A DNA stretch of 64,000 bases from a virus. Its lineage: Duplodnaviria > Caudoviricetes. Below the pieces are notes generated by a model. The model made no database searches and was not told the DNA's origin. It was given only the letters and a program-made list of their open reading frames with translations. The stretch lies in the IMG/VR virus record IMGVR_UViG_3300017764_000001; one strand, written 5' to 3'. Each line of letters opens with the position of its first letter. The first letter of the stretch is position 1. Shown piece by piece: positions 39,253-46,036 of this stretch. The translations under genes and the position numbers were made by a program.

Positions 39253-40167
39253 ATGCTGACTCACATTGAACACATCGAAGATTCTATTCTGACTGGTGAT
39301 CTTCGACCCCTGGATGTTTTCACCGAATGGCATCATCTTTCGGTCAAAATGGACGGTGCTCCTGCGATTGTCTGGGGCACACATCCTGAGACTGATAAGT
39401 TTTTTGTCGGCACCAAGAGTGTATTCAACAAGAAAAAGATCAAAATCAATTATACTCATGATGACATCAACAACAATCATGAGGGTAATGTAGCTCTGAT
39501 TCTTCATGCCTGTCTGGCAAATCTGCCAAGGACAAATGGTATTATTCAGGGTGATTTTCTTGGATTCGGTGGTGATGATACCTATTGTCCGAATACTGTG
39601 ACTTATGTGTTCGATGATATTATTCAGGAGACGATTGTCGTCGCACCACACACCTGGCACGAACCCGATCAGTGGTATGATGGTGATGGTAATTGTTTGC
39701 GTGAGTGTATGGCACTGCCACTGAATCATGGTGATGTAGAGAGCACGGATGAGTGTCTGTTTGTGAGACCCAAGACCTGGAAGATTGTGGATGACGACTT
39801 CAGTTCTGATGTCGCATTTGCCCGTCAGATGGCACAAATGGTGAGGTTTGTTGATGATAAGCAGGCGGCAAAGTTGAAGCAGGTTCTTAACTCTTTCATT
39901 CGTGAGGGTATTGAACTGGATGAAGAATTGATTGCCTATAGTGCAGATTGTGATGTGAATTTGATTCGGTTGTGGAAACTGGTGCGATCAATGAAGCATG
40001 AGTATTTGTTTGCCTGTCGTAATAATGGACCGAAGGCATATTTGAACAATCGTAGGTGTCACGGTGAGGGTTATGTCGTCTTCCATGATTATGGCACGTT
40101 CAAGTTTGTCAAACGTGAGAATTTTAGTCGATTGAACTTCACAATGCAAAAGGCATGGGACAGTTGA
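39253..40167 (+). CDS. Putative covalent nucleotidyltransferase (Rnl2-like RNA ligase fold)
   Basis: VKMDG (motif I), IQGDFLG (III), YVFDD (IIIa), EGYVV (IV), FKFVK (V) in the correct order. Confidence 0.55.
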   Translation: MLTHIEHIEDSILTGDLRPLDVFTEWHHLSVKMDGAPAIVWGTHPETDKFFVGTKSVFNKKKIKINYTHDDINNNHEGNVALILHACLANLPRTNGIIQGDFLGFGGDDTYCPNTVTYVFDDIIQETIVVAPHTWHEPDQWYDGDGNCLRECMALPLNHGDVESTDECLFVRPKTWKIVDDDFSSDVAFARQMAQMVRFVDDKQAAKLKQVLNSFIREGIELDEELIAYSADCDVNLIRLWKLVRSMKHEYLFACRNNGPKAYLNNRRCHGEGYVVFHDYGTFKFVKRENFSRLNFTMQKAWDS

Positions 40168-40238
40168 GGTAGTGGCACAGGACAGGGTGTCCGTGCTCTG
40201 TCCTGCCCTATAATACAGAGGTAATCAAGGGACACACC
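40158..40238 (+). promoter_or_regulatory. Early promoter cassette 6
   Basis: GGACAGTT-N4-TAGTGGCACA, 29 nt, TATAAT (40209), N11-CAAGGG. Confidence 0.75.
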
Positions 40239-40478
40239 ATGACCGACTTCATCTGTGCCTACTTTGGTTCTGACTGGACTATCACTGCTCGTGGGTTCTC
40301 CAGTGCCCGCCAGGCGGAGAAGCACGGACTCTACATGATGCCCACAGCCGGTGTCTTCGGGTTTGCGGTGATTCATGAGTCTGAGAACGGATGGGAGGTC
40401 TGTGATGACCGCAGCATCCTGTCACCTAACAATAAGGTGACTCAGACTGATCTTAACACGTTTGACGTTTCAGTCTAA
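40239..40478 (+). CDS. Hypothetical protein
   Basis: ORF after cassette 6. Confidence 0.65.
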   Translation: MTDFICAYFGSDWTITARGFSSARQAEKHGLYMMPTAGVFGFAVIHESENGWEVCDDRSILSPNNKVTQTDLNTFDVSV

Positions 40479-40481
40479 AAA

Positions 40482-40562
40482 CCAGTTGAGAAGGTGGCAC
40501 ACACCACCTTCACAGGGCACTCGGATGCCCTATAATAAGAACATCAACAAGGGACACACCCC
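40482..40562 (+). promoter_or_regulatory. Early promoter cassette 7
   Basis: CCAGTT-N4-AGGTGGCACA; TTCACA-16-TATAAT (40531); N11-CAAGGG. Confidence 0.8.
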
Positions 40563-40829
40563 ATGCAACTGACCAACTCTGCCACCATCGTTGATTTCTT
40601 CCCTGAGGCATTTATTGCCGAGGCAGATGAGAAGAAAGGAATGAAAGTTGTGATCAAACGTTTCCACAAGAGAGTCACATTTCGTGCCAATGGTATGAAG
40701 TCCTATAGCACGGTGACTATGATTGATGCAAAAAACGAGTGGATGTCACGTATTGCCAAGGGTGCGGAAGTGACCAACTATAATACCGAAAAGATGCCTT
40801 CTTCTGAGTATATGCCCCTGTACTGCTGA
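40563..40829 (+). CDS. Hypothetical protein
   Basis: ORF after cassette 7. Confidence 0.7.
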   Translation: MQLTNSATIVDFFPEAFIAEADEKKGMKVVIKRFHKRVTFRANGMKSYSTVTMIDAKNEWMSRIAKGAEVTNYNTEKMPSSEYMPLYC

Positions 40830-40875
40830 TGTTCTACGTTCTGCCCATCGTTCTTTTCATCTATTCTCTTCTCTC

Positions 40876-41154
40876 ATGAACTACACTCTTCAACAACTGA
40901 AAGATCGAGTCAACACTCTCATCGAACAACAGGGGGAAACTGCATACTGTGCGGCATGGATTTATACCAAGGAAGATTGTTCTATGCGGGACAATGAGGG
41001 ATTGGATGTGTATCCGTGCGAAGAACATCCTGAGTTGGTTGAACGTATCTTCAACGATATTGGCAACATTGATTACATCTACACTACCATTCAGGATTGT
41101 GTAGATGAAGTTACAGAAGAACAATATATGGCACTTCAGCAGGAACTGGTCTGA
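40876..41154 (+). CDS. Hypothetical protein
   Basis: ORF track. Confidence 0.65.
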   Translation: MNYTLQQLKDRVNTLIEQQGETAYCAAWIYTKEDCSMRDNEGLDVYPCEEHPELVERIFNDIGNIDYIYTTIQDCVDEVTEEQYMALQQELV

Positions 41155-41396
41155 TGTTTATTGATACCGATCGTCAACTTCGCAAACTTTCTATTTTCAA
41201 ACCAATGAACTTTCGTATTGTTGAGATTGACTTTGACTTTGATGATGAAATGACCAATGATGATCAACAGGAGATTGTCGATGAAGTTATGGCGACGACC
41301 TGGAGTGCGATTGATGGTGATGACCTTGTAGAAGAGATTACATCTGCGACGGGTTGGTGTATTAACTCCATTGATTATTGTTATGTCCTGTCCTAA
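41154..41396 (+). CDS. Acidic hypothetical protein
   Basis: ORF track; TGATG coupling. Confidence 0.6.
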   Translation: MFIDTDRQLRKLSIFKPMNFRIVEIDFDFDDEMTNDDQQEIVDEVMATTWSAIDGDDLVEEITSATGWCINSIDYCYVLS

Positions 41397-41447
41397 AAAA
41401 ACCTTGTCTGTGTTATAATCATAGATAAGGAAAATGCACTGAAAACT

Positions 41448-41678
41448 ATGACAGTCGATTGTTCAAGAACAGAAACTAATGTCTTTCTAAATGTTCAGGA
41501 ACTGGGTGTTATCCTAAGTGCCCTTCAACTTTTAGATCACAGTGATGAACATCTCATTGCCAGACAATATGGACCTGCTCCTGTCTTATACAATCGATTG
41601 GTGGAAATTTATGAAACACTGGACCGGTCACAAATTTATACTCATCATGAGTATCAACGACATGAACACAGTTATTGA
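41448..41678 (+). CDS. Hypothetical protein
   Basis: ORF track; TGTTATAAT extended -10 upstream. Confidence 0.55.
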   Translation: MTVDCSRTETNVFLNVQELGVILSALQLLDHSDEHLIARQYGPAPVLYNRLVEIYETLDRSQIYTHHEYQRHEHSY

Positions 41679-42043
41679 TGGAACAATTTGGATGGGATAC
41701 CAATGATGAGTTTCCAATCGAAAGAACGGAACATCCATCATCACCAGTTAAAAGAACTCTTTATCTTCATTCATTAAATGAACACTCTTGTATCAGTCAT
41801 GATGGTTACATTCAACTCGGTATCTTTGATCATTCTGTTGAGAGACACATGGAATTGAATCCGACACTACACTGGGTTGAAACTTATTGGTGTCCTGATG
41901 TCTTCAGTAAACGTTATAAACGTGCGACATTCCAAAAGACTGCCAGAGTTAATGAAGGTAGTCCAAAGACTGATAATCAGGGACAGGGTATTGATTATGA
42001 TAAGGTAAAACCTAAAGGATGCACTAAATTAGAGGACAAGTAA
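41675..42043 (+). CDS. Hypothetical protein
   Basis: ORF track. Confidence 0.6.
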   Translation: MMEQFGWDTNDEFPIERTEHPSSPVKRTLYLHSLNEHSCISHDGYIQLGIFDHSVERHMELNPTLHWVETYWCPDVFSKRYKRATFQKTARVNEGSPKTDNQGQGIDYDKVKPKGCTKLEDK

Positions 42044-42044
42044 A

Positions 42045-42224
42045 ATGACACAAAAAACATACAAAATTGAAGAAGAAGGGACAAATGGTTGGGCACTCAT
42101 TGATCCTGAGTACCAGCATCTTACAAAGGAAAGATGCTCTGAACTCCTAGAACATCTTATTGAAAAAGGTGTCAATCCAAACTATCTTCGTGCCGTAAGA
42201 GATGACGTACAAACCTCAAGTTGA
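42045..42224 (+). CDS. Small hypothetical protein (59 aa)
   Basis: Manual: MTQKTYKIEEEGTNGWALIDPEYQHLTKERCSELLEHLIEKGVNPNYLRAVRDDVQTSS. Confidence 0.65.
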   Translation: MTQKTYKIEEEGTNGWALIDPEYQHLTKERCSELLEHLIEKGVNPNYLRAVRDDVQTSS

Positions 42225-42435
42225 TGATTATGTCAAGTGGAGAAATGTAGAGGGATGGGTTTACTTTGTAGACCATGAATATTTTACCATTGAGATAGGA
42301 GTTAAAAACAAGAGCGAAGAATCTTATAAGGATTCACCTCTTCATCGGAAAGTTCATTGTCTGATTGTCTGTCACAACTATTATTGGGATGATGTAGAGT
42401 ATGTCAAACACCGAAGAAAAGAAAATGCCCAATGA
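42202..42435 (+). CDS. Hypothetical protein
   Basis: YKPQVDDYVKW..EGWVYFVD.EYFTIEIGVK. Confidence 0.65.
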   Translation: MTYKPQVDDYVKWRNVEGWVYFVDHEYFTIEIGVKNKSEESYKDSPLHRKVHCLIVCHNYYWDDVEYVKHRRKENAQ

Positions 42436-43126
42436 TGTTATTGTCAAGGGTAAGGTCAAGAGTGTGATTCAGGGTATTGATGATGATCAGGTTCTGATTC
42501 ATTATCATGATACTGTGACTGCCGGTAATGGTAAGAAGAAAGATCATCCGAAAGGTAAGGGTGAAATCAATGCAAAGATATCATCCCTTATCTTTGAACA
42601 ATTAGAACGTGCCACAATTAAAACTCATTTCATACAATCGGCAGGTCCTGGTATTATGAGATGTAAGAAGGTGGATATTATTCCGATTGAGGTTGTTGTT
42701 CGTAATGTCGCTGATGGTTCGATTGTAAGAGACACGACTATTCCAAAGGATACCGTATTCAATCCACCACTGGTTGAGTTCTATCTCAAGGATGATGATA
42801 AGAATGATCCTTTACTTACGGAGGATAGATTAACACTTATGGGGTATACTAATCTAAGAAGAATCAAACAGTATGCAAAGGAGACTAATGCCGTGGTATC
42901 TGATTTGTTTAAAAGAATTGGTATTATATTGATTGATTTTAAACTTGAGTTTGGTACGACTGTCAATGGAGAGATTGTTGTTGCCGATGAGATTAGTCCT
43001 GATGGATGTAGGTTGAGAAATAAGGAGACAAATCAAAGTATGGACAAAGATTTATTCCGTAAGGGTACAGGTGATATTATTGGTGCCTACACTGAAATTA
43101 TGAACAAATTGATTGAAATATGCTGA
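42425..43126 (+). CDS. purC: SAICAR synthetase (phosphoribosylaminoimidazole-succinocarboxamide synthase)
   Basis: KGKVKSV, IIPIEVVVRNVADGS, VEFYLKDD..NDP, LIDFKLEFG, VADEISPDGCRL, DKDLFR. Confidence 0.92.
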   Translation: MPNDVIVKGKVKSVIQGIDDDQVLIHYHDTVTAGNGKKKDHPKGKGEINAKISSLIFEQLERATIKTHFIQSAGPGIMRCKKVDIIPIEVVVRNVADGSIVRDTTIPKDTVFNPPLVEFYLKDDDKNDPLLTEDRLTLMGYTNLRRIKQYAKETNAVVSDLFKRIGIILIDFKLEFGTTVNGEIVVADEISPDGCRLRNKETNQSMDKDLFRKGTGDIIGAYTEIMNKLIEIC

Positions 43127-43222
43127 AATATGATTAAAAAACAATTAAAAAGGTATTTTTAAATATAAAAGTGTTGTTTGTATGCTATTGAGAATCATTA
43201 GCAATAAGGTGTTAGTAACTCC

Positions 43223-43246
43223 GTGGATACTGTGTGAATACTGTGT
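43223..43246. repeat. 11-bp tandem repeat GTG(G/A)ATACTGT
   Basis: Copies at 43223 and 43234. Confidence 0.75.
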
Positions 43247-43367
43247 AGAAACTCCTGAGTAACTTCACAGAAACCTCTCATCCTTATGTGAGTTTAGTCC
43301 GCACGTTATCACACTCGAAGGTTTTTGTCAACAGGGACGGCAGAAAAACTCTGAGATCCACACATTT

Positions 43368-43545
43368 CTCGTCGAGATTGTATAAATACATCTTATGAAT
43401 CTCGTCGAGACATACACTTGACAACTCGACGAGATCATAGTATCATAATCACAGTTCATCAATCTCGACGAGAACCATGTACGACGATTACGATCTCGAC
43501 TATACATTCAATAATGATCATGCATCATCATATGATCTCGACGAG
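43368..43545. repeat. Array of palindromes CTCG(T/A)CGAG
   Basis: Perfect copies at 43368, 43401, 43425, 43464, 43537; partial copy at 43494. Confidence 0.9.
43418..43446 (+). promoter_or_regulatory. sigma70-type promoter with palindrome in the spacer
   Basis: TTGACA-actcgacgagatcatag-TATCAT; TATAAATA late box also at 43381. Confidence 0.7.
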
Positions 43546-43680
43546 ATGTGCGAAGGACACGTATCATATAACATGATACAAGATAGCACATCATATAATG
43601 ACGAGATGACCGCATATGATGATGACGAACATCGTGACGAGCAAGACTATCAAACGCTTGCATATATGCACTACGCATGA
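43477..43680 (+). CDS. Very acidic Tyr/Asp-rich small protein
   Basis: MYDDYDLDY..YDLDEMCEG.. Confidence 0.55.
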   Translation: MYDDYDLDYTFNNDHASSYDLDEMCEGHVSYNMIQDSTSYNDEMTAYDDDEHRDEQDYQTLAYMHYA

Positions 43681-43709
43681 TAGAATAGTCCGAGAATCAC
43701 CTAACCACA

Positions 43710-43862
43710 ATGATTGCACAGAAACGCACAATCCGTGTTATTCTAGACATCGAATGTTACGATGATCTTGATATCGAGGATCAGGATTGGCGTGAGATTC
43801 TGCAGCTCGAAGGTGATGAAGACGTTCATGCTACCATCAAAGATCTGGCAGATATCTTCTAG
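43710..43862 (+). CDS. Small acidic protein (50 aa)
   Basis: Manual: MIAQKRTIRVILDIECYDDLDIEDQDWREILQLEGDEDVHATIKDLADIF. Confidence 0.6.
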   Translation: MIAQKRTIRVILDIECYDDLDIEDQDWREILQLEGDEDVHATIKDLADIF

Positions 43863-43890
43863 TTTGTGCCAGTTCGTAGATTGGTTTTTT

Positions 43891-43919
43891 ATTCTCAATA
43901 GTGAGTCCTTATTGAGAAT
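43891..43919. repeat. Palindrome ATTCTCAATA-N9-TATTGAGAAT, copy 1
   Basis: Perfect 10-bp arms. Confidence 0.9.
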
Positions 43920-43936
43920 AGAAGTCTTTAAAAAAA

Positions 43937-43992
43937 CCAGTTGGAGAACTGGCACAGAACCCCTTGTGGATTCGTCCGTGAGGGGTTATGTT
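43937..43992 (+). promoter_or_regulatory. Early promoter cassette 8a
   Basis: CCAGTT-N4-AACTGGCACA; TTGTGG..TATGTT. Confidence 0.6.
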
Positions 43993-44016
43993 GTATCTGT
44001 CGTTAGGAAATTCTCC

Positions 44017-44151
44017 ATGTTTGATGAACTCTGGTCTGAGATTGCTGATGCTCCCGGTGAGATCTTCGATGTCATCGAATACAAGGAAGAATGGGAGAAG
44101 GAAGAGAAATTCGATGTTGAGAAGTACATCAACGGAGACACTGATTACTGA
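44017..44151 (+). CDS. Small acidic protein (44 aa)
   Basis: MFDELWSEIADAPGEIFDVIEYKEEWEKEEKFDVEKYINGDTDY; C-terminal part of track ORF 43762. Confidence 0.6.
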   Translation: MFDELWSEIADAPGEIFDVIEYKEEWEKEEKFDVEKYINGDTDY

Positions 44152-44426
44152 TGTCCTTCATTTCAAACTTCATCAATCAAACTATGAACGAATCTGATCT
44201 TTTCACTCTCAAAGAAAACTATGCCAACATGATTATCGATGACATGGATATTGATACGTTGGCACAATTTGCCTACGATTCAATCATGGACAATCTGAAA
44301 GATTATGAAGAGACAGATTTGGAGGCAGAAATCACCGATCTTTATGGTGAAGAAACTTACAATGATTTGGCAGACGTTGATACCATCAACGTTTCGTATG
44401 GTGATACGCTGAGACCCGCAAGTTAG
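44151..44426 (+). CDS. Acidic hypothetical protein
   Basis: ORF track. Confidence 0.6.
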   Translation: MSFISNFINQTMNESDLFTLKENYANMIIDDMDIDTLAQFAYDSIMDNLKDYEETDLEAEITDLYGEETYNDLADVDTINVSYGDTLRPAS

Positions 44427-44428
44427 TC

Positions 44429-44457
44429 ATTCTCAATATACATTTATTATTGAGAAT
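44429..44457. repeat. Palindrome ATTCTCAATA-N9-TATTGAGAAT, copy 2
   Basis: Same arms as copy 1, different 9-nt spacer. Confidence 0.9.
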
Positions 44458-44468
44458 CGCAGCTGCCG

Positions 44469-44526
44469 GTGGACAGTTGAACAACCTACACACAAAATGG
44501 GCACAGACCCCAAAATCGTGTATTGT
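44469..44526 (+). promoter_or_regulatory. Early promoter cassette 8b
   Basis: GTGGACAGTT-N4-AACCTACACA, 28 nt, TATTGT. Confidence 0.55.
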
Positions 44527-44532
44527 GGATAC

Positions 44533-44712
44533 ATGAACAAAACACAACTCTTTTCTGACTCAAATCTCTCCGAACTTCAGGGTTTCATGTTTGACACAAT
44601 GGCATCATCAGAAATGGCAGTCGATTGGTTCTGCGATCGTTTCAATGTTAATGCAGATGATGATATCATTGATTTCGTCCTTGATGCACACTTTGCGTTC
44701 TTCGGAGAGTAA
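44533..44712 (+). CDS. Small hypothetical protein
   Basis: MNKTQLFSDSNLSELQGFMF...; start moved downstream of the promoter. Confidence 0.6.
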   Translation: MNKTQLFSDSNLSELQGFMFDTMASSEMAVDWFCDRFNVNADDDIIDFVLDAHFAFFGE

Positions 44713-44747
44713 CACTAACTCCTTTCGTTCTTCATTCACACTTTCTC

Positions 44748-44879
44748 ATGCGTATCTTCCTTGCTTCGATTGTCATCATCCTGGGTGCCAATCTTCTCAT
44801 CGATCTGTTGGATTCCGACCTGGTGGATGTAATGCAGGAGCGTCGGGAAACTATAGAGAAACAAATGGATCGGATGTGA
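44748..44879 (+). CDS. Small protein with hydrophobic N-terminus (43 aa)
   Basis: Manual: MRIFLASIVIILGANLLIDLLDSDLVDVMQERRETIEKQMDRM. Confidence 0.5.
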   Translation: MRIFLASIVIILGANLLIDLLDSDLVDVMQERRETIEKQMDRM

Positions 44880-44932
44880 CAGTCGGCAAGGTGTCCACTT
44901 TTTTGGCACAGCACCCCGTTTCCGTGTATCTT
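44876..44932 (+). promoter_or_regulatory. Early promoter cassette 9
   Basis: GTGACAGTC-N4-AGGTGTCCAC, 28 nt, TATCTT. Confidence 0.6.
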
Positions 44933-44989
44933 AGAGAAGTGGAGGGGAGCACACCCCACCACGACCCCAGTCCTTTCACTTCAATTTCA

Positions 44990-45313
44990 ATGCGTAAGAT
45001 CGAAAAGCAAATGAACGACGCAGTTGCAAACAATGAGAATTGGACATCTGCAAACACGACTGTTACTTTCGATTCCGAAACTAATGAGTCTACCGTGTAT
45101 CTCCACGGTAATAAAATTGCAGAGGTTGGTGATGACTTCCTTCGTGTTTTTGACGGTGGATGGCAAACAAACACAACAAAGTCCCGTCTCAATGCACTGA
45201 TCGAACGTTTTTGTGATGCGTTCACTGACAGCGTTTATCAGCACAAATTTGAGTGGTTCATCACTGATGACAAGAACATTTACAAGTTCGTTAACGGTTA
45301 CACGTTCTCCTGA
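44990..45313 (+). CDS. Conserved phage hypothetical protein
   Basis: MRKIEKQMNDAV..VYLHGNKIAEV..DGGWQTNTTKSRLNALI; real start lies inside track ORF 44591. Confidence 0.7.
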   Translation: MRKIEKQMNDAVANNENWTSANTTVTFDSETNESTVYLHGNKIAEVGDDFLRVFDGGWQTNTTKSRLNALIERFCDAFTDSVYQHKFEWFITDDKNIYKFVNGYTFS

Positions 45314-45352
45314 GGGGTTCATTCCCCTCCTGTTCTTTTCTCACTGATTAAC

Positions 45353-45523
45353 ATGTTTCGCATCGCATCTTCGTTAACAACCCGTCGCAAACTTTGGGTC
45401 TCCGATGATAACGTGGCACTGCCTGCTTATCTACATGCCGGGGCAAATTCCAAATACAAAGGAAGCAACCCCGGTAAGTATTGGTGCAACTCAGAGGCAC
45501 CGAACATTTCCTTCTCTATCTGA
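45353..45523 (+). CDS. Small hypothetical protein (56 aa)
   Basis: Manual: MFRIASSLTTRRKLWVSDDNVALPAYLHAG... Confidence 0.5.
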   Translation: MFRIASSLTTRRKLWVSDDNVALPAYLHAGANSKYKGSNPGKYWCNSEAPNISFSI

Positions 45524-45529
45524 TACATT

Positions 45530-45667
45530 ATGAAAATCGTTCGGCGCACTGACTTCGGAAAGTTTCACACCATTTGTGTTCACACAGACAAAAAATGGAT
45601 CAAAGTGATTGATGACGGCATCATAAAGATTGTTCGCAATCCTTACACAGTGCCATGCGTTCGTTAA
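45530..45667 (+). CDS. Small hypothetical protein (45 aa)
   Basis: Manual: MKIVRRTDFGKFHTICVHTDKKWIKVIDDGIIKIVRNPYTVPCVR. Confidence 0.5.
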   Translation: MKIVRRTDFGKFHTICVHTDKKWIKVIDDGIIKIVRNPYTVPCVR

Positions 45668-45676
45668 CAGCAGTTC

Positions 45677-45698
45677 GGGGGTATTATGCCCCCTTATT
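45677..45698 (+). terminator. Probable intrinsic terminator at the end of the early block
   Basis: GGGGGT-ATTAT-GCCCCC followed by TTATT. Confidence 0.5.
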
Positions 45699-45804
45699 GC
45701 CGCGGTGCGTGGCTAAAAACGCATCACTTCCCTAAGCTATAAACGACCCAAATCGACCTTTCAATTTCCCTCTCTTAAAAAAATTCTGAGCATATATAAA
45801 ATCA

Positions 45805-45996
45805 ATGGCAGAGTTCAAAGAAATGCAAAAAAATCCCCAGGAAAATTTTACGACTGTAGAGATCGATCCAGTCACTGGAGAGCACTATCTGACAATTCCT
45901 GAATGGATCTGTGATGAAAACGGATGGTACGAGGGCACAGAAGTAAATATCGAGGTTGATGGAGATTCGATAGTGATCAGGGACGTTGACAGGTAA
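45805..45996 (+). CDS. AbrB/MazE/SpoVT-like DNA-binding protein
   Basis: TVEID..GEHYLTIPEWIC..GWYEGTEVNIEVDGDSIVIR swapped-hairpin pattern. Confidence 0.7.
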   Translation: MAEFKEMQKNPQENFTTVEIDPVTGEHYLTIPEWICDENGWYEGTEVNIEVDGDSIVIRDVDR

Positions 45997-46014
45997 CTAT
46001 ATACCTGGTATGAT
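45986..46014 (+). promoter_or_regulatory. sigma70-type promoter
   Basis: TTGACA-17-TATGAT with a CAGGTA/TACCTG inverted repeat across the spacer. Confidence 0.75.
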
Positions 46015-46036
46015 ACTGAAGTAGTTTTATTCTATT

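Noticed and set aside
33171-44932. Recurring palindromic repeats as a CRISPR array
   Set aside because: Copies are degenerate, separated by whole genes of variable length, tied to -10 boxes, and there are no cas genes.
43762-45313. Track ORFs 43762..44151 and 44591..45313 as single long genes
   Set aside because: Their 5' parts run through promoter, palindrome and other-frame genes; plausible starts are 44017 and 44990.
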